64,000 nt of DNA, taken from Squalus acanthias (taxonomy: Eukaryota). Positions within the stretch are counted from its first letter, which is position 1, and each line of letters starts with the position of its first letter. Made by a program: the position numbers and the translations under genes. The stretch covers positions 53,198,001 through 53,262,000 of the forward strand of contig CM059438.1 of assembly GCA_030390025.1 (NCBI GenBank), read 5' to 3'. The notes under the pieces are model-generated. The model searched no databases and was not told the origin of the DNA. It worked only from the letters and a program-made list of their open reading frames with translations. Shown here one piece after another: positions 13,410 through 24,567 of this stretch.

Positions 13410-14633
13410 ATGGGTGCCGCTTATACTGTCTCACCTTGGATCTCAGAATCGGACCAAGATGAGCCCCAACACCAACAACACCAGCCACACCAGCAGCAGC
13501 AGAAACCACAACAGCAGCAGCCTTCTCCTCAACGACCTGATGCTCCACAGGAGAGAGGAGGTCAGCACAGGGCTGCACCACGCTGGAGGCGATACCCCCA
13601 ACACAAGGTGTACAGGCAGAGGATGAACTTCCTGGACATGACTGTGCAGCAGTGCTTCAGGAGGCTCGGGCTATTGTGCCAGGTCATCGCAGACATTTGC
13701 AGCTTGCTGGAACAAGACCTGCAGCCCAGAGGAGTGGGTGGACACACCTTACCAGTGGCTGTCAAAGTCACCACCGCCCTCAACATCTTCACCTCAGGCT
13801 CCTTCCAATGATCTGCAGCAGACATTTGCAGCATCTCGCAGTCGGCCGCCCACAGATGCATCACACAGGTCACCGATGCCATGTTTGACAAGTCAGCCAA
13901 TTATATCAACTTTGCCACTGATGAGGCCAGTGTTACTGAGCGGGCATTTGGCTTTGTGGCTCTGGCTGACTTCCCACAGGTGCAGGGCGTCATCGACTGC
14001 ACACATGTGGCCATCAAGGCACCCCCACATCACCCAGGAGTGTTTGTGACCCGCAAAGGTTTCCACTCCCTCAATGTGCAGCTCGTCTGCCACTATAGTA
14101 AGATCATCATGCATGTGTGCGCCAAATTCCCTGGCAGCTGTCATGACTCTTTCGTGTGGCGCCAGTCCACCCTCCCTCAGCTCTTTGCACCTCCAAACAG
14201 ACTTAACGGCAGGCTGCTTGGAGACAAGGGCTATCCACTGAAGACGTGGCTCATGACACCCTTGAGGACGCCAAGTACTGAGGCCGAGGAGCGTTATAAT
14301 GAGAGCCACATGTCCACCAGATGTGTCATAGAGCAAGCAATAGGCATGCTGAAGATGCGCTTCAGATGCCTTGACAGATCTGGAGGAACCCTTCAGTACG
14401 CACCAGCCAGGGTCTCCAGAATCGTCGTCGTTTGCTGCGCGCTGCACAACATTGTGCAGCAGCGAGGATTAGAGCTGCAGGAGGAGCAAGGTGCAGAGTG
14501 CACAGCCTCTTCAGAGGATGAAGAAGATGAGGACGAGCAGGAGGAGGAACCTGAGGTGGAGATGGCACCAGCAGCAGTGCACATTGCTGCCCGGGAGGCT
14601 CGGGAAAGCCTCATATTGGCCAGATTTACTTAA
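13410..14633 (+). pseudogene. Harbinger B DDE transposase with one premature stop (13809-13811)
   Basis: Same-frame ORFs 13410-13811 and 13881-14633 carry GVIDCTH, PGSCHD, LGDKGY and RCVIEQAIG, a Q-rich N-terminus and an acidic C-terminus. Confidence 0.92.
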
Positions 14634-16345
14634 CTTGCTCCAGTGCACCCATATGGCTCCCAGATGCTGGACTAACTTCCCCACACAATCTCAACAACAC
14701 CACAAAGCAGTCCTACAATAACCAAGCCATTCCTCTCACCCAAACCCCCATTGCTCGAGGTTAAGTAATGTCACACCATTCACTCCAAGTCACAAAGCCA
14801 CGTCCCGGGTAGCAGGCAAAAATGGACAAAACCGGAAAGTTGTGCAAAGAAATAAATTTTGTGCATCATAAATATAACTGAAACTTAACGTTAACATTTT
14901 TTCATATACCCATGTGCATACCCTTGTGCCTCTAGGATTGTGTCTTTTTTCTTTTCTGAGTGCTTCTACGAGGTGCATCCCCTGTAGCTTCAGCAGAGGT
15001 AGAGGTAGCCTGCTCACTTCCCTGCTGCAACTGCTTTGACACTTTTGGCGGATGTCCTCTGGATTTTGGAGCCTGTGAGGGTCCCGCCAAAGTCTGCTCC
15101 TCCTGTGACTGTGCGGGGCAGACTGGGCCATCGTGATCCGAGGAGGCATCTGGGGCTCTGACTGAGGGGGTGGCAATGGGGGAGAAGTGTAAGCGCTTTG
15201 AGAGGAGCCCCCACTCCCATGGCCCCTATCACCATCATCACTCTCATGGAACACCCGCAGTTCCCTGTTAGCAAGGAGCTGGAGAGCACTTTGCTGCACA
15301 TCAGTGGGACGATGAAGGCCCAAGTCTATGTTAATATCCCTCCTCGAGATGAGGTCAATGAGTGTCTGCCATCTGTTGTCCACAGCTAGCATGTTCTTGT
15401 TGGAAGGCGCATTTGCTGCTCCATGCAGGTGGTCATCCTATCCATGGAAGAGCACATTGTTGCCATCGCCTGCGACATGCTGGTGCTCATGTTGGAGATG
15501 GACTCCTCCATTCTCTGCACATTTGCAGACATCGTGGCTGCAAAAGCTGCCAGAGCCTCATGCAATTGTTGCTGCCCCTCCAGGATCGCCCTCTTTCTCG
15601 ATGGCCCCTGAGATTAGCGTCTGCCTGCAGCTGAGCAGAGCTTGGAGCATCCAGCGCCCTCCGGTGAGGAGTCTCCACTGCTGCCCCTGTCAACACCGCC
15701 TGCTCTTGCTCACTTGTGATGTGTGAGACACCAGGAGACAACTCTACTCTATCTCGCACAGGACTGACCAAGGTGTACATATCTGCACTGGTGCTGGCGG
15801 CGCTTGGGTCTGCTGACGGTGCACCCTCAGAGGCTGGAGTTTCCTCTGAGGAGTCGTCTTCCTCCTGCGGCTGGACAGTGGGGGGGGGGGGGGGAGTTGA
15901 TGGACCTGTGGGAGAGCAAAGAGATGAATTAGAAGTGTTATAATCAGAATGGAAAATGTTACCATTATACACATGATGACATTTCACTGGCTGCTGACAT
16001 CAGTCACCATATGAGTGACTGCTGTGTGCCATGTGGGTGTATGAGATTTAATTCTGTCACCAGGTTGCTGGGATGTCCCCCTCTCTCCATCTCCCACCAT
16101 CAGCAGCTCTGCAACTCCAGAGATTTCGAGGGCCACCTCCTCTGCTGGAGTCAAATTACTGAAGACTGGAGGGCCACCTCTGGTTCTCTCCCTCTCTCTG
16201 CTGTTATGGGCTCTTTTCTCCTGCAAGGAGGGAAAGAAGAGAAGTTTGAGCGAGAATGATGGAATGAGTGTAAGGAATGGATGGGTTACATCTGTAGAGA
16301 GTGAATATGAGGGAGTAGGATGCCAATGCCAAATGGCCTCCTTCT

Positions 16346-17188
16346 GTGGTGTTACTTGCTGGAGCTGTGGCTGGAGTCACTGTGGAGCATCTTCGTGGAT
16401 CTGAGGAAGCTGAGATCTTCGTGGATAGCACGTTTAACAAGGTTGTCACACCGCAGGTAAAGAGTGCACAGGCAGACAGGGAATGGGTGACTGCCAGACA
16501 GAGTAAAAGAACTAGGAAGGTGGTGCAGAAGTCCCCTGGGTCCATCTCCCTCTCCGACAGATTTTCCGTTTTGGATACTGATAGGGGAGATGGTTTCTCA
16601 GGGGAATGCAGCAAGAGCCAAGTCCGTGGCACTACGACTGGCTCAGCTGCACAGGAGGGAAGGAAAAAGAGTAGGAGAGCAATAGTGATAGGGGATTCTA
16701 TCGTAAGGGGAACAGATAGACGTTTCTGTAGCCGCAGACGTGACTCCAGGATGGTATGTTGCCTCCCTGGTGCCAGGGTCAAGGATGTCACTGAATGGCT
16801 GCAGGGCATTCTGAAGGGGGAGGGCGAACAGTCAGAGGTCGTGGTTCACATTGGTACCAATGACATGGGTAGAAAGAGGGATGAGGTCCTGCAACAAGAA
16901 TTTAGGGAGCTAGGTAGCAGATTAAAAAGCAGGACCTCAAAGGTTGTAATCTCTGGATTACTCCCGGTGCCACGTGCTAGTGAGTACAGGAATAGGAGGA
17001 TAGAGCAGATGAATGCATGGCTAAAGAGTTGGTGCAGGAGGGAGGGCTTTAGTTTCCTGGATCACTGGGTCTGCTTTTGGGGAAGGTGGGACCTGTACAA
17101 GTCGGACGGGTTGCACCTGAACCGGAACGGGACCAACATCCTTGCGGGGAGGTTTGCTAGTACTGTTGGGGGGGGGGGTTTAAACTAA
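16346..17188 (+). CDS. CR1 ORF1 (5'-truncated), SGNH/GDSL esterase domain
   Basis: Motifs IVIGDSIVRG, HIGTND and DGLHL in an open 280-codon frame. Confidence 0.85.
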   Translation: MVLLAGAVAGVTVEHLRGSEEAEIFVDSTFNKVVTPQVKSAQADREWVTARQSKRTRKVVQKSPGSISLSDRFSVLDTDRGDGFSGECSKSQVRGTTTGSAAQEGRKKSRRAIVIGDSIVRGTDRRFCSRRRDSRMVCCLPGARVKDVTEWLQGILKGEGEQSEVVVHIGTNDMGRKRDEVLQQEFRELGSRLKSRTSKVVISGLLPVPRASEYRNRRIEQMNAWLKSWCRREGFSFLDHWVCFWGRWDLYKSDGLHLNRNGTNILAGRFASTVGGGGLN

Positions 17189-17307
17189 CTTGGCAGGGGG
17201 ATGGGATACGGAGTGGAGCTATAGTAAGGGGTGATGCACAACCAAATATAGAGGAAAAAACAAGTCAGCCTGGAAGGCAGAGCAAATATGTAACGGCACA
17301 AAGGAGT

Positions 17308-20111
17308 ATGGCAAGGCTGGATGGCATTTATTTTAAGGCAAGGAGTCTTGCAAGTAAATCAGATGAATTGAAGGTGTTGATGAACACATGGGAGTATGAT
17401 ATTGTTGCTATCACAGAGACATGGTTGAGGGAGGGGCAGGACTGGCAGCTCAATATTCCGGGGTATAGAATCTTCAGGCGAGACAGAGGTGGGTGTAAAA
17501 GAGGAGGGGGTGTCGCAATATTAATCAAGGAGTCAATTACTGCTGTAAGGAGGGATGATATCTTAGCAGGTTCCTCTAATGAGGCCATATGGGTAGAACT
17601 TAAAAACAAAAAGGGGGCAAGCACTTTGCTGGGAGTGTACTATAGGCCCCCAAACAGTCAGGGGGAGATAGAGGAGCACATATGTAGGCAAATCTCAGAG
17701 AAGTGTAGAAATAATAGGGTAATAATAGTCAGGGATTTCAACTTCCCCAATATTAACTGGGATAGTCAGAGTGTGAAAGGCTTAGAGGGTGTGGAATTCT
17801 TAAAGTGCATCCAGGAGAGCTTTTTGAGCCAGCATGTAGAAAGTCCGACAAGAGAAGGGGCGGTACTGGACCTAATGCTAGGGAATGTAGCCGGGCAAGT
17901 GGTAGAAGTGTTAGTAGGAGAGCATTTTGGTGACAGTGACCATAATTCGGTGAGATTTAAGGTAGTCATGGAAAAGGACAAAGATGGACCGGAGATAAAG
18001 GTTCTAAATTGGGGGAAGGCCGATTTTAATATGATAAGGCAGGATCTGGCCAAAGTGGACTGGGATCAGCTACTTGTAGGAAAATCCACATCAGAGCAGT
18101 GGGAGTCTTTCAGAAAGGAAATAGAGAGAGTACAACGGCAACATGTTCCCGTAAAGGTCAAGGGTGGGACCAACAAGCCCAGGGAACCCTGGATGTCAAG
18201 GGATATACGAGAATGGATTAGGAAAAAAAGGGAGGCTTTTGGCAGATACAAAGGACTAAAAACAGTGGAAGCCCTAGAGGAGTATAGAAAGTGCAGGGGG
18301 GTAATTAAAAAAGAAATTAGGAGAGCAAAGAAGGGGCATGAAATAACACTGGCGGTCAAAATAAAGGAAAATCCCAAGGTGTTTTATAAGTATATTAAGG
18401 GCAAGAGGATAACCAGGGAAAGAGTTGGGCCCATTAGGGACCAAAGTGGCAATCTGTGTGTAGAGCCAGAAGATGTAGGTGGGGTTTTAAATGAATATTT
18501 TGCATCTGTGTTCACTATGGAGAAGGACGATGTAGGCATAGAAATCAGGCAGGGGGATTGTGATATACTTGAACAAATTAGTATTGAGAGGGAGGAGGTA
18601 CTAGCGGTTTTAGCAGGCTAAAAAGTGGATAAATCCCCAGGCCCAGACGAGATGTATCCCAGGCTGCTGTGTGAGGCAAGGGAGGAGATTGCAGGGGCTC
18701 TGACACAAATTTTCAGAACCTCTCTGGCCACAGGGGAGGTGCCAGAGGACTGGAGAACAGCTAACACAGTACCATTATTCAAGAAGGGTAGTATGGATAA
18801 ACCAGGGAATTACAGGCCAGTGAGCTTAACATCAGTGGTAGGGAAATTATTGGAAAAAATTCTGAGGGACAGAATTAGTCTCCACTTGGAGAGGCAAGGA
18901 TTAATCAAGGATAGTCAGCATGGCTTTGTCAGGGGGAAATCATGTCTGACCAATTTGATTGAATTTTTCGAGGGGGTGACTGGGTGTGTGGATGAGGGTA
19001 GTGCAGTTGATGTGGTCTACATGGACTTCAGTAAGGCTTTTGACAGAGTCCCGCATGGGAGACTGGTCAAGAAGGTAAAAGCCCATGGGATCCAGGGCAA
19101 CTTGGCACATTGGATCCAAAATTGGCTTAGTGGCAGGAGGCAGAGGGTGATGGTCGAAGGTTGTTTTTGTGACTGGAAGCCTGTGTCCAGTGGTGTACAT
19201 CAGGGATCGGTGCTGGGTCCTTTGCTGTTTGTAGTGACATTAATGATTTAGATATGAATGTAGGAGGTATGATCAGTAAGTTTGCAGATGACACGAAAAT
19301 TGGAAAGGTGGTAAATAGCGAGGAGGGAAGCCTCAGGCTACAGGACGATATAGACAGGTTGGTCAGATGGGCAGAACAGTGGCAAATGGAATTTAACCCT
19401 GAAAAGTGTGAGGTGATGCATTTTGGGAGGACTAACAAGGCAAGGGAATACACAATGAATGGTAGGACCCTAGGAAGGACAGAGGATCAGAGGGACCTTG
19501 GTGTGCATATACATAGATCCCTGAAGGCAGCAGGACAGGTAGATAAGGTGGTTAAAAAGGCATATGGTATACTTGCCTTCATTAGCCGAGGCATAGAATA
19601 TAAGAGCAGGGAGGCTATGATGGAGCTGTACAAAACGCTAGTTAGGCCACAGCTGGAATACTGTGTGCAGTTCTGGTCGCCACACTATAGGAAGGATGTG
19701 ATTGCATTGGAGAGGGTGCAGAGGAGATTCACCAGGATGTTACCTGGGCTGCAGCGCTTCAGCTATGAAGAGAGACTGGACAGGCTGGGGTTGTTTTCCT
19801 TAGAGCAGAGAAGGCTGAGGGGGGACCTGATTGAGGTGTACAAAATTATGAGGGGCATCGATAGGGTAGAGAGAAAGGAACTTTTCCACTTAGTAGAGGG
19901 GTCAATAACCAGGGGGCATAGTTTCAAGGTAAGGGGCAGGAGGTTTAGAGGGGATTTGAGGAAAAACTTTTTCACCCAGAGGGTGGTTGGAATCTGGAAC
20001 TCACTGCCTGAAAGGGTGGTAGAGGCAGGAACCCTCACAACATTCAAGAAGCATTTAGATGAGCACTTGAAACGCCATAGCATACAAGGCTGGAAAGTGG
20101 GATTAAAATAG
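17308..20111 (+). pseudogene. CR1 ORF2 (APE endonuclease plus RT) with a stop at 18619-18621 and a frameshift near 19240
   Basis: AITETWL, GVYYRPP, DFNFP, SDHN, YMDFSKAFD and KFADDTK across ORFs 17308-18621, 18625-19251 and 19254-20111. Confidence 0.93.
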
Positions 20112-20690
20112 ACAGGGCTTGATGGCCGGCGTGGACACGATGGGCCGAAGGGCCACTTTCTGTGCTGTATAACTCTATGGGGTAAAAATTCAGTTGGTTG
20201 CGCCTCCCGTTAGCGCCTTAAGAGGGCGCTAATGGGGCGCAAAGCCGCTAACGCCCGGGCGCAGCGATGTTTGCGCCGCTCGGGAACTTAACTAGAGATT
20301 GTGCGGCGGCGCTAAACCTTACCGCTGCGACCACCTGCGCGCGCAGATTGTGACGTCATTCCATGGTGCAACGCCCTTGTGGCGCCCTGGAGCGGAAATT
20401 GAGTGGCGCCCCCTGCCTTACCGCCTGGCGCATCCAACGACCGGAAGACTGGAACGCTATCAATCGCTGTGGGGCTGGGGGGGGGCGCTATTTAAAGGGG
20501 GCCTCTTCCTGTCTTTTTCTGTGGTGGACATTTTTGCACCACTCGTTCTGAGAGAGAGAGAGAGATTCGGAGAGAGAGAAAGAGAGACTTCTGCATTGAC
20601 TCAACGCTTTGTGAGGTAGTTTTGCCTACTGATCCTAACTTCGCTAGTACTTTAGTTGCTGTCCTTCATTACTTTGCTTGCAAAGAGACT

Positions 20691-21851
20691 ATGGGGGCTG
20701 CACTGAATGGGGGCGTCGTCCTGCTCCAGCTGAATCGGAGGACACAGAGACGCAGAGAGAGAGTGGCAATGATGGCCAGACGGAGGAGGGCCAACAGGCG
20801 TATGTACAGGAGAGCTTACCCTCCCAGGGTATATCGTGAACAGCTCTCCTACATTCATATGTCTGAGGAGCTGTGCTTGCGAAGGCTGCGATTCAGCAAG
20901 GAGGTGGTCACTGAGCTCTGCCACCTGCTGCAGCCAGATCTGCAGCCTCAACTGAGGTCCAGGACGTCTCTGTCGGTGGCAGTGAAGGTCACAGTGGCTC
21001 TCAACTTCTACGCTACTGGCTCATTTCAAGCTGCCGCTGGGGACCTCGCCAATATCTCCCAGTTCGCGGTGCATTGCTGCATCCGGCAGGTCACAAATGC
21101 CCTCTTTAAAAGGAGACGAGAGTTCATCTCTTTCCCCATGACCCCAGACAAGCAGCGTGACCGCGCTCTGGGCTTTGCGAGGATAGCGGGATTCCCCATG
21201 GTGCAGGGCGCCATTGACTGCACGCATGTGGCTTTGTGTGCTCCACATGAGAATGCCGAGGAATTCCGGAACAGAAAGGGGTTCCATTCCTTGAATGTTC
21301 AGTTGGTCTGTGACCACAGACAGGTGATTCTCGCTGTCAATGCCCACTATCCGGGCAGCTGCCACGATGCTTTTATCCTGCGTCAGACTACTGTGGCAGA
21401 ACTTTTCGAGGCACCGCATCAGCCAGTTGGTTGGCTTCTCGGGGACAAGGGGTATGCATTGAGCACCTGGCTGATGACACCGCTCCGTACGCCCAACACC
21501 CCTGCTGAGCTGCGGTACAATGAGAGCCATCAAGCTACCGGGAACATAATTGAGCGCACAATCGGCGTGCTGAAGCAACGGTTCCGCTGTCTCGACCATT
21601 CTGGAGGAGCCCTGCAGTACTCGCCTGAGCGAGTATCCAACTTCGTAGTTGTGTGCTGCATGTTGCATAACATGGCAATCCTCAGGACCCAGCCAATGCC
21701 ACCAGACCTTGGAGCACCACCAGAGGAGGAGGAGGAAGAGGAGGAAGAGGACGAGGAGGATGATCATCAGCAGCACCAAGGCGGGAGGGCGGCCCACAAT
21801 GGTCAAACTGCAAGGGCCGTCCGTCAACGGCTGATAGCAAGCCGCTTCTAG
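20691..21851 (+). CDS. Harbinger (HARBI1-like) DDE transposase, 386 aa
   Basis: Uninterrupted ORF from ATG 20691 with [38 protein letters not shown] and CMLHN. TATA-like TATTTAAA near 20489 and AATAAA at 22031 and 22131. Confidence 0.93.
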   Translation: MGAALNGGVVLLQLNRRTQRRRERVAMMARRRRANRRMYRRAYPPRVYREQLSYIHMSEELCLRRLRFSKEVVTELCHLLQPDLQPQLRSRTSLSVAVKVTVALNFYATGSFQAAAGDLANISQFAVHCCIRQVTNALFKRRREFISFPMTPDKQRDRALGFARIAGFPMVQGAIDCTHVALCAPHENAEEFRNRKGFHSLNVQLVCDHRQVILAVNAHYPGSCHDAFILRQTTVAELFEAPHQPVGWLLGDKGYALSTWLMTPLRTPNTPAELRYNESHQATGNIIERTIGVLKQRFRCLDHSGGALQYSPERVSNFVVVCCMLHNMAILRTQPMPPDLGAPPEEEEEEEEEDEEDDHQQHQGGRAAHNGQTARAVRQRLIASRF

Positions 21852-22163
21852 GGCCCCTGCTGTGGAAATGGCTTCTGCCATTGCTAACAACATTAATGAA
21901 CCCAACACGCAACCCCTAAGCCGGCCAAGGCACCAATAATTCCAACCACCAACCATGTATATTTTGAATACAGAAACTTATTTATTTTACAAACTCTGTG
22001 TGTGTTAATTCCTCATGACAAACTCATAGAAATAAACACAAAAAAACAGTCAATAACATAACTGGTTCTCACAACCTGGAGATAATGTCCAAAACACTAA
22101 ACAAAAGTTGGACCATGAACCTCGACCTTTAATAAAAAAATGACCAGCATTTTGTCACACCTC

Positions 22164-23983
22164 CTACTTTTTGCCCTTCGAGGGTGATCTCCTTCCCTTG
22201 CGCACTTCCCCCCTTCTAACCCTACTGCTCCTCCGTAATGGGACCTCAGTGGCTGCAGCAAGGCTGGTGGAAGGCTGCTGCTCGTCAGACCCTGACACTG
22301 CAGATGCCCCTGAAGGACGGCCTCGACCAGTTCTGGGCCTGGAGGGCCCGGCTGCAGACTGCACCAACTCTGCATGGGCGGCAGCAGTCTGTCCTACAGG
22401 CGGTGGTAAGTGCAGTGGAGAAGTGACAGTGTTGGCAGCAGGAATGCTGTCATCGTGAGAGAGGACAGCAACTCCCTGCTCGCCCGACACACTGGCACTC
22501 CCACGGGGCAGCACTTCAGCATCCGGAGCAATCTGCTGGAGAACAGATTGCTGGCCTGCTGCGGCGCGGTGACAGCCCCGGGGACATGTGAACGAACCAT
22601 CGAGGTTGGCAGCAGTCTGTGCTCGCGTGGCCTCAATCTGAGTCTGCATGAGAGCAGTCAGAGATGGGATCACGGCAGCCAGTGACTGAATTGCAGCACT
22701 AAGCGTTAGTGTGGCATCCGCCTGTGCTACAGCGAAGTGCTCCACACTCCTTGCCAGTGACTCAATGCATTCGGGCACCCTTCCCACTGCACCCATGAGC
22801 TCAGTGTGCATGCCCACCGCCTGGGTGTTCATTTCTGCGATCAGCCGCTCCTCCTCTGCGTCCATTGCAGTAGGAGTGTCTGGCATACTCTCCCTCTGGG
22901 GAGAAGGCCCCCGTTCTTCCCTACCCCTATGGCGTTGCTGCAGCCCGCTGGGTTCTGGAGCTTCACCCTCATCAGACCCTTCCCCCCTTCTCCCCTCCAG
23001 GGAAGGCGTGTTCCCAGTGTGGGCATGGGCTTCCTCGGGAGAGGGTGGCACTGATGCTCCGGCTTCCTCTTCCTCCTCGGCTGCAGCTTCACTCCCAGTG
23101 GCAGCTTCAGGGCCCGTCTCCTCAGCTGGTGAATCACCATCTGAAAGCAGGGAGGTACAAGAGTGGCTTTAGCGTGAGGACAGGGTGGCAGTAAGGGAGG
23201 AATAAGTGCAGCGAGTTAGCAAGTTGGATTGAAAGTGTCAAAGGCTGGTGTTGTGAGGGACAAGTGGAAGGACAGAGGACAAAAAGGTGATGACCTTACC
23301 ATTGCTGTCCAGAACGGGGTCGGCGTCTCCAGTGGCGACGGGACCGATCACCCGGCTTGCCACAATCCTGTGGACGCGCTCCTCAAGATCGCTGAGGGGT
23401 TGCAGCTGAGGCCGCCCTCCACCTGTCCGTTGCTGCTGTCTCCGATTATGCGCCATCTTGGCCTGCAAGAAAAAGGACAGCATCTGAGTAAATATACAGC
23501 CATGGTCTTGCCTGATGTGCCTCCCATAGGTGAATAGCCCTTACTGTATGCAGCCATGGTCTTGCCTGATGTGCCTCCCATAGATGAATAGCCCTTACTG
23601 TATGCAAAGTGTGGAATGTGTGTGTGTGTTTCATGAAAGGGCCATAGGTGTTGGATGAGTGTTGTGCATTGGGGTTTTAAGACCCTCTGGCCATAGAGTG
23701 AGGTTGAGATGGAGGGATGGAGAGGTATTGAGAAAAAGCCACTCACCCTGACGACCCGAGTGAGGTCGTTGAACTTTTTGCGGCATTGAGTATGGGTCCT
23801 GGGCACCATGCTCCTGGAGGAGACGCTCTGAGCCACCTCCCTCCACACTCTTCTGAACTCGCGTGGCAAAGGCCTCCTGCCACTCTCAGGGAAGAGTATA
23901 CATCTTCTGCGCTCCACCGCGCCAACCAGAGCATCCAAGGCCCGCTCGGTGAAGCGATGAGCTCGTTCTCTCTCCCTCTCCAT
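22164..23983 (-). CDS. Harbinger Myb/SANT(trihelix)-like DNA-binding protein, 3 exons: 23983-23747, 23462-23300, 23140-22164 (458 aa)
   Basis: Exons of 237+163+977 nt give 459 codons with no internal stop. Donors GTGAGT and GTAAGG, acceptors TTGCAG and TTTCAG. Motif RFTERALDALV...W...RTHTQCRKKFNDL and a basic C-terminus. Confidence 0.88.
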
Positions 23984-24567
23984 CCTTGGCAGCAAAATGG
24001 ATTCACAGGTCTCTCCAGGCCGAGATTCAAGGCTGCAATGAGCAGGGTGTGGCTGGGGAGCAAGTTGGCCCCCCCCGCTTTAAGAAGTGGCCGGCGCCAG
24101 TGTGTCTGTGTTCCCTCGCTAACTGGCAGCAGCTGCGCTGCGCTCGCGCGCTGAGTTAGCGCCTCACTGCTCGGCCTTTGCGCCTTAAGACAGGTGTGCA
24201 GCGCCTGATTTAGCGCTCCACTCACCTCCCGGGGCGGTAAAAGTGAAGTTTCCAGTCAGTGGCGATAATTAGCGCCAGGCGCTAATATTTGCGTCCAGAC
24301 GATATTTGCGCCCCAAATGGGGCGCGACCTAATTTTTCCCCCTATGACTCTATGATTGCATTATGATGAGGGTGAGTGTGAGGGGTGGTTAGTTAGATGG
24401 GGATGTGAGTATGTACATGGCGAGAGAGGGATGGGTGGACCTGAAAGGTATGTTGGTGTGAGTAATGATGTGCAGGAGCAGGCTTGGGAAGGCAGAGTGA
24501 TGGGGATGTGGTGACAGGCACATCAGGATGAAGGTGAGTGTGACATTGCACCCACCTTTCCGGACCT

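Larger units (their letters stand above)
20179..24342 (+). mobile_element. PIF/Harbinger transposon A2, structurally intact, 4164 bp
   Basis: TIRs GGGGTAAAAATT / AATTTTTCCCCC, perfect TSD TAT, two convergent open genes and GGCGCTAA-rich subtermini. Confidence 0.95.
16340..24354 (+). mobile_element. Near full-length CR1 LINE (body ~16340-20178, tail remainder 24343-24354)
   Basis: ORF1, ORF2 and 3' UTR are present. The (ACTCTATG)n tail is split by Harbinger A2. Confidence 0.92.

Noticed and set aside
20691..21851. Host HARBI1 gene
   Set aside because: It lies between TIRs with a TSD and has related copies in the window, so it is a transposon gene and not the domesticated locus.
23497..23605. 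~55-bp tandem duplication in Harbinger A2
   Set aside because: Lies inside Myb intron 1 and leaves the splice sites and reading frame unchanged.
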